From Candidatus Zhuqueibacterota bacterium (lineage in GTDB: Bacteria; Zhuqueibacterota; Zhuqueibacteria; Oceanimicrobiales; Oceanimicrobiaceae): DNA of 64,000 nt. The notes under the pieces were generated by a model. It was not told the origin of the DNA and did no database searches. It saw only the letters and a program-made list of their open reading frames with translations. This document shows, one piece after another, positions 1 through 9,821 of this stretch. The position numbers and the translations under genes were made by a program. Position 1 is the stretch's first letter. Every line of letters begins with the position of its first letter. The DNA is taken from contig JAJDAE010000296.1 in NCBI GenBank assembly GCA_029262035.1, forward strand, positions 182 to 64,181, given 5' to 3'.

Positions 1-522
1 GCCGTCATTATTTATATCACCTGCACTTGATAGGTCGACTCCAAAATATCCAGATCTATCTTCTTTCTCAAAAATGACATCGGCGACCGAATCCACTGGG
101 TTACCGCCATAATATATAGCCACATATCTACTGCACATAACTAAAACATCTGAATAACCGTCATTATTTACATCGCCGGCGGGTTTTACTGTTTGTCCAA
201 AACTATCTCTTTCTTTTTCACCGCTTATAATTAAATCAGGGGCATCATTGCTTGGAATTGAACTGCCACCATAATAAATATAGACTTTCCCTTTTCTTAT
301 CCCGGTTTCATAAGTTGCAGCATAGGGCAAACCGATTGCCCAATCATCATAGCCATCGTTATTGACATCACCTACATAAGATACGATTTCTCCTAACCCG
401 CTGCCATTTCTGCCCGACGGTGGGAGGCCTTTGTCCAGTTTCGTTATTAAATCCAAAGATTGCATCGCAAATGATGTACAAAAAAATAGGAACATAGTTA
501 AAACGGTTAATAGTTTCATCAT
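1..522 (-). CDS. FG-GAP repeat secreted protein, N-terminal part. The gene continues past the window start.
   Basis: My own translation of the minus strand starts MMKLLTVLTMFLFFCTSFA, a signal peptide. It then shows repeated GDVNNDGYDD, AGDVNNDGYSD and AGDINNDG motifs typical of FG-GAP/integrin-alpha repeats. The ATG lies at 520-522 on the complement. The ORF track omits it because it is truncated by the window edge. Confidence 0.6.
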   Translation of the reverse strand, partial: MMKLLTVLTMFLFFCTSFAMQSLDLITKLDKGLPPSGRNGSGLGEIVSYVGDVNNDGYDDWAIGLPYAATYETGIRKGKVYIYYGGSSIPSNDAPDLIISGEKERDSFGQTVKPAGDVNNDGYSDVLVMCSRYVAIYYGGNPVDSVADVIFEKEDRSGYFGVDLSSAGDINNDG

Positions 523-1172
523 GTTTCCCCTATATCTTGCCTATAATTAAGCTATTTTGGCACTAACGCCTTATTAATTTGCCGCATGGATTTAGCCACG
601 CTGCTTTTACAAATACAAAACTATTTTAATACACAAAATTCAAAACTAAGCCAACAGCCATGCGGTCAGATGTTTAAAAGCTACAAAGCCTGCTACCGCA
701 CAAATGCCCAAAACGAAACGTGGGTTTAGCACGAAACGCAGGACTGAGTACGGCTTGAAATGTTACACTTAAACTGCCCACCGCTTTAATGGGGGTGGTG
801 TCTCCCAAACGGGGACGGGATGATTGTCTTTTGGATGACTGTCTAACTCTAAAGACTCATATTATTTAAACAATTCCCCCAAATAATGCAACCACTACCG
901 ACAATTTTAAAAAGCACTTTGACAGGACAAACAGGATTTTCCCAACTGTTTCTTTTAACCTTTCAGGTTCTAAATATTTGGATTTTGAACTCCTAATACG
1001 CTACTCTGGCACGCCGGGTTTGTACACAAATTTTAGTTAAAACAACCATTGTTTGCCAATTCCCAAATTTCTAAAAATCACGGGTCTGAATAGGCTTCCC
1101 TACCAGTAACGGGCTAGGAACCGCCGCTACTATGGCACACAACCCACAGCACCACAAATGTTCAAATAAATG

Positions 1173-1835
1173 CTATAGTAAATTCAAAAAGATATATCCG
1201 ATAGAAATCGTAAAGCCAAGATTACCGTCATCGTCTTTGAAACCATCAGGTGAAATAAATATGCTATTATGAGTTTTGTGCTTAATACTAATATTGAATT
1301 CAAAACTGCCTACGAATATATCACTGAAGTGTGACTCACCGTCTTTCACCAACTCAGTAGAAAAAGCACTTAAGCTCAAAACAGGAACTATGTTGACATT
1401 TTGAGATCTGGGTTTAAAATGATAAAAACTAATACCGGCGGCAACTGTATTTGAATGAAGAGATTCAACATTTACTCTTCTTTTGTTGCCCGAGAATACA
1501 ACTCGCTCGTAGGCCACTGAAAAAGCAGCACAAAGCCCATTTGTTTTAACCAGATGAATTGCCAGTGAAGGGCCGATTCCAATAGCACTTAGATCAACGG
1601 TTTCCAATATCCTTTCTTTTAAGTCTAAATATTCCAATGAGAAGCCGAAATCAAACATTCCCTTTAAAGAAGCCCCAATTGCTGTTCCAAAGCCAATTGA
1701 GTTGTCGTTAACACCAACAGTTTCTTGTATACCAAATCCATTTGCTCCTTTGGGCACAAAGATACCCTGGCATTGAGCATGATATGTGCTAACTAAGAAA
1801 AAAACAAGTGCGGTGATTACAACAATGTACTTCAT
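1173..1835 (-). CDS. Outer-membrane beta-barrel, porin-family protein
   Basis: 220 aa with an N-terminal signal peptide (MKYIVVITALVFFLVSTYHAQ). Alternating amphipathic strands and a C-terminal aromatic residue are typical of small outer-membrane beta-barrels. Confidence 0.45.
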   Translation of the reverse strand: MKYIVVITALVFFLVSTYHAQCQGIFVPKGANGFGIQETVGVNDNSIGFGTAIGASLKGMFDFGFSLEYLDLKERILETVDLSAIGIGPSLAIHLVKTNGLCAAFSVAYERVVFSGNKRRVNVESLHSNTVAAGISFYHFKPRSQNVNIVPVLSLSAFSTELVKDGESHFSDIFVGSFEFNISIKHKTHNSIFISPDGFKDDDGNLGFTISIGYIFLNLL

Positions 1836-1919
1836 TCGATTTTTTTCCTTCCTAACAATATATTAGTGCTCCAAATGTTATAATAATGATAAGTCAACAA
1901 CATCACTCAAAAAACCTCT

Positions 1920-3212
1920 TTATAAATACTTAATTTCCCGCGCAAAGCTCTCCAATTCACCACGAAAATCGGGATGGGCAATCTGAATCAAAGCCTCTGC
2001 CCTTTCCCGTAAACACTTGCCGTGCAGGCTTGCGAGACCGTATTCCGTCGCAACATAATGTACGTCTGCCCTGCTGGTTACCACGCCGGCGCCTTCTTTT
2101 AAGTGGGGCACAATTCGGGAAACCTGCCCTTTTTTAGCCGTGGCCGGCAGCGCAATAATCGGCTTACCATCTTTGGCTCTGGCAGCGCCCCGAATAAAAT
2201 CAACCTGTCCGCCAAACCCGGAATAAATCGAATAGCCCATAGAGTCTGAGCAAACCTGACCGGTTATGTCAATCTCTACGGCAGAATTAATAGCAACAAT
2301 GCCATCATTCTTTGCGATAACAAAAGGGTCATTGGTGTAGTCGGCCTGGTGCAATTCAAATACCGGATTATTGTGGCAGTATTCATAAAGCTCCTGACTG
2401 CCCAAAATAAATGTGGCGATAACTTTTCCGGGGTGTAAGGTTTTGTAAGCGTTGGTGACAATACCCGATTCAATGGACCGCATGACGCCATCCGAAACCA
2501 TCTCGGTGTGGATGCCTAAATCTTTCCTGTCATGCAATAGCGAAAGTAGCGCGTCGGGAATACCGCCGATTCCCATTTGCAGCGTAGAGCGATCTTCGAT
2601 AAGCGGCATAATATGTTCTGCTATTTTTTTCTCAACATTTGTAGAAGGCCGCGCTTCTAAATTGGGTAATTCCTGCGTATGTTCAACAATTTTATCTATT
2701 TTCGAGACATGGATAAAACTATCCCCAAGCGCACGCGGCATTTTTCCATTGACCTGAGCAATAGTTATTGCAGCGTTTTCTGCGGCAGCTTTTGAAGCCA
2801 CATTTTCAATTCCCATAGAAACAAACCCGTGCTCATCCGGCGGCGATGTTTGAATAATCACCGCATCCAACTTGATTTGATGGCGTAAAAGGTTAGGGAC
2901 TTCATGCAAAAAAATCGGGTAATAATCAGCCCGACCATCGTTAATCGCTTTTCTATCGGCCGGCCCGACAAAAATAGATTTATGTCTAAAATGGCCTTCC
3001 ATCCCCGGCTGGGAAAGCGGATCGTCACCAAGCAAAAGCATGTGGAAGACTTCGACACCCTCCAACTCATCTTTGCGCTCGGCCAGGGCATTTAAGAGGA
3101 GATATGGCGTGGCAGCATTTCCCGACGTAAAAACTTTATCATAGCTCTTTATTTCAGAAACCGCCTCGGCTGCAGAAACCGTTTTATTTTTATAATTTTC
3201 AATCCATTTCAT
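1920..3212 (-). CDS. Acetyl-CoA hydrolase/transferase family protein, like succinyl-CoA:acetate or 4-hydroxybutyrate CoA-transferase
   Basis: 430 aa. The N-terminal region (TSGNAATPYLLLNALAERKDELEGVEV) and the C-terminal CoA-transferase domain resemble Cat1/ScpC/AbfT family enzymes. Confidence 0.7.
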   Translation of the reverse strand: MKWIENYKNKTVSAAEAVSEIKSYDKVFTSGNAATPYLLLNALAERKDELEGVEVFHMLLLGDDPLSQPGMEGHFRHKSIFVGPADRKAINDGRADYYPIFLHEVPNLLRHQIKLDAVIIQTSPPDEHGFVSMGIENVASKAAAENAAITIAQVNGKMPRALGDSFIHVSKIDKIVEHTQELPNLEARPSTNVEKKIAEHIMPLIEDRSTLQMGIGGIPDALLSLLHDRKDLGIHTEMVSDGVMRSIESGIVTNAYKTLHPGKVIATFILGSQELYEYCHNNPVFELHQADYTNDPFVIAKNDGIVAINSAVEIDITGQVCSDSMGYSIYSGFGGQVDFIRGAARAKDGKPIIALPATAKKGQVSRIVPHLKEGAGVVTSRADVHYVATEYGLASLHGKCLRERAEALIQIAHPDFRGELESFAREIKYL

Positions 3213-3246
3213 CGAAATCTCGTCTCCTGTTTCACCTGCTCAGTTT

Positions 3247-4368
3247 TCATTGCGGCAATTGTGACTGTAAATCAGTGTATTCAAGCTCAAATAACTCCGC
3301 CAGGGATTTTGAGGTAGCGTGTCCCCGATAGAAGTAAGCGCCCTTTCGCAGACATGAGTATTTTTGAAATACTTTCTCCAGTCCGATCCGGCTAACCTGC
3401 ATTATCCACGGCAGAATGGAATTATTCAGAGCGTGGGATGCAGTGCGTGCAACCGAAGCGGTAATGTTCGGCACACAATAATGAATCACTCCGTCCTCAA
3501 CAAAAACCGGCGATGATAAAGTGGTCGGCCTGCTGGTCTCAATACAGCCGCCCTGATCGATTGCAACATCGATGCTGACCGCACCGGGTTTCATCTCCTT
3601 CACCAGTTCCTTTGAAATTAGATGAGGGGTTTTGCTGCCGTGAATGAGCACTGCCCCAACCAACACATCTGCAAAACGCGCCGCTCGCTCAACCAACAAA
3701 GGCGTGACAATGGAGGTTGAAATCCGTTTGCCGAGCAGCCGGGTCACTTCTCTTAGCCGATCGATATTTCTATCCATTATAAGAACCTGAGCGCCCAGGG
3801 CAGCAAAAGCACTTGCAGCCGTAAACCCGACCGTACCGGCGCCAAGAATAACCACGTTCGCCGGAGGGATTCCTGCTACACCCGCCAATGCAATTCCTCT
3901 GCCGCCAACATTACTTTCCAGGAATCTCCCGGCAATTTGCGGCAGCAATCCGCCTGCGATTTCACTCATCGCGATTAAAATCGGCAAGGTGCCATCAGGT
4001 TGTTCGGTAAATTCATAGCCAAGGGCAGTCACACCATTTTTATTCAGGAGATCAATAACCGGCTTGCGCATGATGCCCAAATTAAGAAAAGAAAACAGCA
4101 TATTTCCCGATTCCAAAAAAGCAACCTCATCCTCAATCGGCGGTTCAACTTTCACAATCAGGTCGGAACGGAGAAAAACCTCTTCATGCGAAAACACCAA
4201 CTCCGCCCCAACTTCGAGGAATTCCTGATCGGAAAAACCACAGGATTCACCTGCGCCTTTTTCGACATAAACCGTGTGGCCTTCGTTGGTGAGCGCATAA
4301 ACGCCAACCGGAGTAAGCGCAACACGCCGCTCCTCAACTGAGACTTCATTTGGTATGCCTATGTTCAT
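3247..4368 (-). CDS. ald: Alanine dehydrogenase
   Basis: 373 aa. It has the N-terminal AlaDH/PNT domain (MNIGIPNEVSVEERRVALTP) and a Rossmann NAD-binding motif (VVILGAGTVGFTAA). The length is typical of Ald. Confidence 0.8.
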   Translation of the reverse strand: MNIGIPNEVSVEERRVALTPVGVYALTNEGHTVYVEKGAGESCGFSDQEFLEVGAELVFSHEEVFLRSDLIVKVEPPIEDEVAFLESGNMLFSFLNLGIMRKPVIDLLNKNGVTALGYEFTEQPDGTLPILIAMSEIAGGLLPQIAGRFLESNVGGRGIALAGVAGIPPANVVILGAGTVGFTAASAFAALGAQVLIMDRNIDRLREVTRLLGKRISTSIVTPLLVERAARFADVLVGAVLIHGSKTPHLISKELVKEMKPGAVSIDVAIDQGGCIETSRPTTLSSPVFVEDGVIHYCVPNITASVARTASHALNNSILPWIMQVSRIGLEKVFQKYSCLRKGAYFYRGHATSKSLAELFELEYTDLQSQLPQ

Positions 4369-4436
4369 GCAACGGTCCTCCTATGTCAGCAAAAATTCCA
4401 CATTTTCGATATTTCATGGCCGGGTTTAAAACGAAG

Positions 4437-4643
4437 TCAGCAGTCCTTCACCGCTCGGTTTCTCATTTTTTCAGCCTGTTCTTTTGCACATTCTAAAATA
4501 CACAAATCTGAAAAGCTCAAAATAGGATCAAAGCTATTGTTAACCTTCATACTGCATTCCGATGCAGCTTCCCGCCCATTAGGACATCGTAGTTCAGATA
4601 AAGGACAGATGCCGGAAACTACAGAATTTCCTTTTTCTTTCAT
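4437..4643 (-). CDS. Hypothetical small Cys-rich protein; may be spurious
   Basis: A 68-aa ORF with six Cys (C-x6-C ... C-x3-C). It fills a 290-nt gap between ald and the oxidoreductase beta-gamma gene. I recognise no homology. Confidence 0.2.
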   Translation of the reverse strand: MKEKGNSVVSGICPLSELRCPNGREAASECSMKVNNSFDPILSFSDLCILECAKEQAEKMRNRAVKDC

Positions 4644-4658
4644 TTATTTTCCCTCTTC

Positions 4659-6146
4659 TCAAAGAACTTCTTCTTTGTGTTTTTTAGGCTTAGCCTTTGC
4701 CCTGCCAAATTCAAAGCCTTTGGCAAGCGCCTCTTTATTAATAGCAAATAGTTCTTTCCTTTTTACCACTGTTTTAGTGGCTGCTAAAACGCTTTCAACG
4801 GAAAGTAAGTTCGTATAACCAAGATAGGCACCCAGCATAACGACATTGGCCACCCTCGGCTCTTTCAATTCATCAGCAAATTCTGTTGCAGGTACATAAA
4901 CCGGCTCAACATCCTGACGCTCAACTTTCCTTTTAATCAGAGAACTGTTCATGAAGATTACGCCATTCGGGCGCACCTCGTCTTCAAACTTCTCGAGCGA
5001 TGGTAAATTCATGGCGATAAGTACGTCCGTTTCCGATACCAACGGTGAACCGATACGTTTGTCCGAAATAATAACATGACAATTTGCCGTGCCACCACGC
5101 ATCTCCGGGCCGTAAGAAGGCAGCCAGGTTGAAAACAATTCCGACATCATCGCGCTCTGAGCCAGCAGTTGTCCAAGCAACAAAACTCCCTGACCGCCAA
5201 AACCCGCTATTTTAATTCGCGGATCTAAATAGTTGGCCGTAACATCAGTTTGCGGAAAAGATACTTTTGCTGTTTGTGCGGTACCGCCCAATAATTCCAT
5301 AATTTCCTTTTTAGTCGGCTCCACCTCTTTTTCACGTTTGGATTTGGTTATACCCGTATCCTCTTTTTTCAAGGCGCCGTTTTTATCCTTAAGAACATTG
5401 AGTTTAAAGTAATCTGACAACACATCCTCAATCCATTTTTTTGAATCAACCGGCGTCATCTTCCAACCTGTAGGGCAAGCAGACAAAATCTCAATAAAGG
5501 AAAAACCCCGTCCATCAATTTGATTTTGAATTCCCTTTCGAATAGCCTTGCGGGCTTTCATTAAATGTTTGGCGTCCGTAATTGCCACGCGTTCAATATA
5601 AACCGGCGCTTCAAGCGTTGCCAGGAGTTCGCTCATGCGAATTGGATATCCTTCATTTTCCGCGCTTCGTCCGCGTGGGGTAGTCGTGGTTTTTTGCCCG
5701 AGCAATGTAGTGGGCGCCATTTGTGAACCGGTCATACCGTAGATTGCATTGTTCACAAAAATGACTGTGATGTTTTCGCCCCGATTTGCCGCCTGGATAA
5801 TATTGTTGCCCCCGATTGCTGCTAAATCGCCATCCCCCTGGTAGCTAATTACGACGGAGTCCGGCAGCGCCCTTTTGATTCCAGTGGCCACGGCCGGAGC
5901 CCTGCCATGCGCCGCCTGTACATTGCCGCATTTAAAATAATAATAGCCAAAAACTGAGCATCCGACCGGACTAACAAATACCGTTTTTTCACGAATGCCA
6001 AAATCATCCATTGTTTCCGCGATGAGTTTATGAACAACGCCATGTCCACAACCCGGGCAGTAATGTGTTGACTCCGGGTTTGCGCCGGGTTTGCGTGTAA
6101 ACTCCCCGTAGAAAGACTCCGGTTTCTCTAATATTTCTTTTGCCAT
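4659..6146 (-). CDS. 2-oxoacid:ferredoxin oxidoreductase, beta (TPP-binding) subunit fused to a gamma domain
   Basis: The N-terminal half carries the TPP-binding beta signature (CPGCGHG, GDGD...NN). The C-terminal half is a pyruvate/ketoisovalerate oxidoreductase gamma domain (IAGFGGQGVLLLG). The likely true start is the ATG at 6146 (MAKEILEK), which is preceded by an AGAGGAAAA RBS. The longest ORF extends to 6182. Confidence 0.8.
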   Translation of the reverse strand: MAKEILEKPESFYGEFTRKPGANPESTHYCPGCGHGVVHKLIAETMDDFGIREKTVFVSPVGCSVFGYYYFKCGNVQAAHGRAPAVATGIKRALPDSVVISYQGDGDLAAIGGNNIIQAANRGENITVIFVNNAIYGMTGSQMAPTTLLGQKTTTTPRGRSAENEGYPIRMSELLATLEAPVYIERVAITDAKHLMKARKAIRKGIQNQIDGRGFSFIEILSACPTGWKMTPVDSKKWIEDVLSDYFKLNVLKDKNGALKKEDTGITKSKREKEVEPTKKEIMELLGGTAQTAKVSFPQTDVTANYLDPRIKIAGFGGQGVLLLGQLLAQSAMMSELFSTWLPSYGPEMRGGTANCHVIISDKRIGSPLVSETDVLIAMNLPSLEKFEDEVRPNGVIFMNSSLIKRKVERQDVEPVYVPATEFADELKEPRVANVVMLGAYLGYTNLLSVESVLAATKTVVKRKELFAINKEALAKGFEFGRAKAKPKKHKEEVL

Positions 6147-6171
6147 AATTTTCCTCTTTCTGTTTTGATGG

Positions 6172-7239
6172 CTAATTGCCATTCTTGTTTAAGTCGTTAT
6201 TAAGTTTTTTAATCTCTTGCAAAATCTCCTCTGGTGACGGCACCGACCCACCCATTCTACCATAGAATTTTGTGGGACGTCGGCCGTCCAGCGCCAGGCG
6301 AACATCATCCACCATTTGGCCGTTGCTAAGCTCTGCGACCAGAAAGACAGAAGCTGTCTCCGCCAATTCCTGAATTCGTTTGACCGGAAAGGGGAACAAA
6401 GTAATGGGACGCAACAACCCGACAGCTATGCCTTGTGCTCTTGCCGCTTCAACCGCAGTCTGTAAAATTCGTGACACGATGCCGTACCCCACGATGATAA
6501 TCTCCGCGTCGTCGGTGTAAATCTGTTCCCAGCGAACTTCATGGTCAGAGATCTCGCGGTACTTCTGCTGCAATTTTTCATTGTGCGCCTCGAGTACCGG
6601 CGCCTCCAGGTAGATGGATGAGACGAGATTATTAGCAGTTTCCGGTGTGCCATCAACTGCCCACGGTTTAGCCGGTAATTCTGTGACCGGTTCCGGAAGT
6701 TGGACCGGCTCCATCATCTGTCCGACAAAACCATCTGTGAGAATTACCGCCGGCGTACGATATTTATCAGCAAGCTCGAAAGCCAGCATGGTCAAATCGC
6801 ACATTTCCTGGGCGCAATTCGGCGCGAGCACAATCAATTTATAATTGCCGTGGCCGCCGCCCTTAACCATTTGATTATAATCGCTCTGTTCAGGCGCTAT
6901 ATTGCCAAGACCGGGACCGCCGCGCATGACATCCACCAGCACCATCGGCAACTCCGCACCGGCAGCATACGAAATGCCTTCCAGCTTCAGGCTTATACCC
7001 GGGCTGGATGAAGCCGTCATCACCCGCTGTCCGGTTGATGCAGCCCCATATACCATATTAATTGCAGCTACTTCACTCTCGGCTTGTAAAAATGTACCGC
7101 CAATTTGTGGGAAATTTATAGCAGCTGACTCTGCTACTTCACTGGCCGGTGTAATCGGGTAGCCATAAAATGCTTTGCACCCGGAAAGGATGGCCCCCTT
7201 AATTACCGCCTCATTTCCTTTAACTAAAATTCGTGACAT
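6172..7239 (-). CDS. 2-oxoacid:ferredoxin oxidoreductase, alpha subunit
   Basis: Homologous to the KorA/PorA/VorA alpha subunit. The likely start is [12 protein letters not shown], with the ATG at 7239. The track ORF instead starts at a TTG at 7248. Confidence 0.8.
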   Translation of the reverse strand: MSRILVKGNEAVIKGAILSGCKAFYGYPITPASEVAESAAINFPQIGGTFLQAESEVAAINMVYGAASTGQRVMTASSSPGISLKLEGISYAAGAELPMVLVDVMRGGPGLGNIAPEQSDYNQMVKGGGHGNYKLIVLAPNCAQEMCDLTMLAFELADKYRTPAVILTDGFVGQMMEPVQLPEPVTELPAKPWAVDGTPETANNLVSSIYLEAPVLEAHNEKLQQKYREISDHEVRWEQIYTDDAEIIIVGYGIVSRILQTAVEAARAQGIAVGLLRPITLFPFPVKRIQELAETASVFLVAELSNGQMVDDVRLALDGRRPTKFYGRMGGSVPSPEEILQEIKKLNNDLNKNGN

Positions 7240-7281
7240 AATCAGCAACTCTCCTAATTTTTTAAAATTGTATGGTAAGTT

Positions 7282-7599
7282 TCAATTGGCCTTTTTCCGC
7301 TTATAAACACGGATTGAACCAGGTTCGGGACAAATATAAAAGCAAACTCCACATGAGGTACAGCGTTCGCCTGCATATTCTGCCGGGCGATACCCCATCT
7401 TATTCAGATTCTTCGAAACCACCAGCACCCCCGGCGGGCAGGCTTCGATGCAAAGCAAACATCCTTTACACAAATCGGCTTCAATTTCCACCCTACCGGC
7501 AGATTTGTCTTTGTAACCTACTGTAAATTCATCTACTTCGCCTGAAGTTGTCACCTTACCCTTTTGACTATTTTTCACTTCAGTATTTTCTTCAAGCAT
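7282..7599 (-). CDS. 2-oxoacid:ferredoxin oxidoreductase delta subunit, a 4Fe-4S dicluster ferredoxin
   Basis: 105 aa with two CxxCxxCxxxCP motifs (CKGCLLCIEACP and CTSCGVCFYICP). An AGGAG RBS sits upstream of the ATG at 7599. Confidence 0.75.
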   Translation of the reverse strand: MLEENTEVKNSQKGKVTTSGEVDEFTVGYKDKSAGRVEIEADLCKGCLLCIEACPPGVLVVSKNLNKMGYRPAEYAGERCTSCGVCFYICPEPGSIRVYKRKKAN

Positions 7600-7994
7600 G
7601 ATAACTCCTTTGTGGATTTTTCAGTTTTTGAGATTTAATATTTTAATGTGGTAAATTGATTTGGGAAGAATACAGCTTTGGAGATGATTAAAATGTGGGA
7701 TGTTTAGATAGTTTTTGGCTTTTGTAGAAGCCTGATAAAGATTTCGCACACAAGAACATTGATTCAAGACCAACACAATTTTACCCATTCAAATCCCATC
7801 CTTCATTCTAACCAGTATTTACACTGAAAAAATTATGCCAGAAAAAAGAGGAAACTCACGCCTATTTTCACCAAACGCAAGCAGATATAAATCAAATATT
7901 TAAGGGGATGTTCTAAAAAATAAGGGTTATTACAATTTTCTTAGTTTTGGTAAATAGATGGTGGGGTTCTTCTTAGTTGTGGGAAAGGGGAATC

Positions 7995-8357
7995 TTATTT
8001 TGAAGAACAGACCTTTATACGGCCGACATAAATTAAAGCATACGCCAAAATAAGAGTACCAATAATTATAACATAAATATTGCTGATCGCGAAGATAAGC
8101 GAGAACCCTCCAAAACCGGCTATGCACGACAAGGCCAATATCTTAGCCGGCAATGGCATGCATCTATTATTCTGCCACTGCTTTATCGTTGGGCCAAATA
8201 TTGGATTCGCCAAAAGCCACCCATGCCACTTATCGGAGGACTTTGCAAAACAGGCTGCTGCAACTAATAAAAATGGCGTGGTCGGGAGCAAAGGTAAAAA
8301 TACACCCAGAGCGGCTAAACCAACAAACATAAAACCAAGTGACTTGTATAATAGCAT
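7995..8357 (-). CDS. ybaN: YbaN/DUF454 family inner-membrane protein
   Basis: 120 aa with the LPLLPTTPFLLVAAACFAKSS motif characteristic of DUF454, plus two transmembrane segments. Confidence 0.6.
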   Translation of the reverse strand: MLLYKSLGFMFVGLAALGVFLPLLPTTPFLLVAAACFAKSSDKWHGWLLANPIFGPTIKQWQNNRCMPLPAKILALSCIAGFGGFSLIFAISNIYVIIIGTLILAYALIYVGRIKVCSSK

Positions 8358-8372
8358 GACTATGAAATGGGA

Positions 8373-9818
8373 TTACTTCAGTTTTACCAATTCTTCGCGC
8401 AGAATATCATTCACAACTTTCGGATTGGCCTGGCCACGGGTAGCGCGCATAACCTGCCCCACAAGAAAACCGATAACCTGCTCCTTGCCGCCCAGAAACT
8501 TTTCAACTTCATTGGGGTTATCCGCTAATACTTTTTTAACTTGCTCAGAAAGTTCGGAAGTATCAGAAATCTGAACCAGGTTCTTTTCTGTAATGATGGC
8601 CTCGGGGCTCTTGCCGGTTTCAACAGCTTCAGATAGTACGACTTTGGCAGTTTTGGCATTGACGGCACCCTCACTGACAGATTTTATAAGCAAACCTAAA
8701 TTTTCCGGGGAGACTTTAAAGTTGTTAATGTCGCTATCGCCTTCTTTTAAATAGCGCATTACTTCACCCATAACCCAATTACTGGCCTGCTTGGCATCGC
8801 CAGAGGTTTTTACAACTTTTTCAAAATAATCAGCAAGTGGTTTCTGGTCGGTGAGGACTTCAGCATCATATGGCGGCAATTTGTAACTTTCGACAAAACG
8901 GTTTTGTCGCGCCTTCGGCAGTTCAGGTAAAGAATTTTCAATCTTTTTAATCCAGTCGTCGCTGATCATCACCGGGGTTAAATCCGGATCAGGGAAATAT
9001 CGATAGTCGTGTGAGAACTCTTTGCTGCGCATTGGAATGGCGACATTTTTATCTGCATCCCACAGAAGCGTTTGTTGTAGAATTTGTTCGCCGTTTTTAG
9101 CGCAGGTTATTTGTCGGCTGATTTCGTACTCCAACGCTTTTTCTACGCCACGGAATGAGTTCATATTCTTAAGCTCGGTTTTAACTCCCAGCTCGGTTTG
9201 GCCTTTTGGCCGGATGGAAATATTGGCATCGCAGCGTAAACTGCCCTCCTCCATGTTGCCATCACATATTTCGAGGTATTGCACAATTTGCCGAATCTGA
9301 GTCAGGAAAGCGTAAGCTTCCTGTGGTGATCTCATGTCCGGTTCACTGACGATTTCTATGAGAGGCGTGCCGCAACGGTTGACATCAATCAGGGTTTCAT
9401 TGGCAGCAACAAACGTCTCCGAATGTACAGATTTACCGGCATCTTCTTCCAAATGAATTCTGGTGATGCCAATGCGTTTTTTGCCATTCTCCGTTTCAAT
9501 ATCCAGATAACCGTGTTCGCAGATCGGCTCTTCAAACTGGGAGATTTGGTAGCCTTTCGGTGAATCCGGGTAAAAATAATTTTTACGCGCGAAGATAGAA
9601 AGCGGTGCAATTTTACAGTTGGTCGCCAATCCCATGCGCATGGCATAGTTCACGACTTGTTTGTTCAAAACAGGGAGAACACCGGGCAGCCCCAGACACA
9701 CCGGGTCAACTTTTGAATTGGGATCGCCACCAAAAGCAGCACTGCTGTATGAAAAAATTTTGCTTTGGGTTTGTAGCTGCGAGTGAATTTCCAGACCGAT
9801 AACGACTTCGTATTCCAT
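8373..9818 (-). CDS. gatB: Asp/Glu-tRNA(Asn/Gln) amidotransferase subunit B
   Basis: 481 aa. The N-terminus (MEYEVVIGLEIHSQL...PVCLGLPGVLPVLN) and overall architecture match GatB. Confidence 0.9.
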   Translation of the reverse strand: MEYEVVIGLEIHSQLQTQSKIFSYSSAAFGGDPNSKVDPVCLGLPGVLPVLNKQVVNYAMRMGLATNCKIAPLSIFARKNYFYPDSPKGYQISQFEEPICEHGYLDIETENGKKRIGITRIHLEEDAGKSVHSETFVAANETLIDVNRCGTPLIEIVSEPDMRSPQEAYAFLTQIRQIVQYLEICDGNMEEGSLRCDANISIRPKGQTELGVKTELKNMNSFRGVEKALEYEISRQITCAKNGEQILQQTLLWDADKNVAIPMRSKEFSHDYRYFPDPDLTPVMISDDWIKKIENSLPELPKARQNRFVESYKLPPYDAEVLTDQKPLADYFEKVVKTSGDAKQASNWVMGEVMRYLKEGDSDINNFKVSPENLGLLIKSVSEGAVNAKTAKVVLSEAVETGKSPEAIITEKNLVQISDTSELSEQVKKVLADNPNEVEKFLGGKEQVIGFLVGQVMRATRGQANPKVVNDILREELVKLK

Positions 9819-9821
9819 AAA

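Noticed and set aside
1007-1024. Sigma54-like motif TGGCAC-N6-TTTGT as a functional promoter
   Set aside because: The spacing is off by one from consensus. Its orientation is antisense to both flanking genes. It is kept only as a note within the non-coding-region finding.
2276-3095. Antisense or alternate-frame ORFs (2276-2491, 2452-2757, 2858-3091, 2904-3095) inside the CoA-transferase gene
   Set aside because: They lie entirely within a gene with strong family-level homology on the other strand or frame. They have no start or RBS context and low-complexity composition. They are six-frame noise.
8080-8574. 164-aa plus-strand ORF overlapping ybaN and the end of gatB
   Set aside because: It overlaps two well-supported minus-strand genes, and its composition is Pro/Ser/Cys-rich and non-protein-like.
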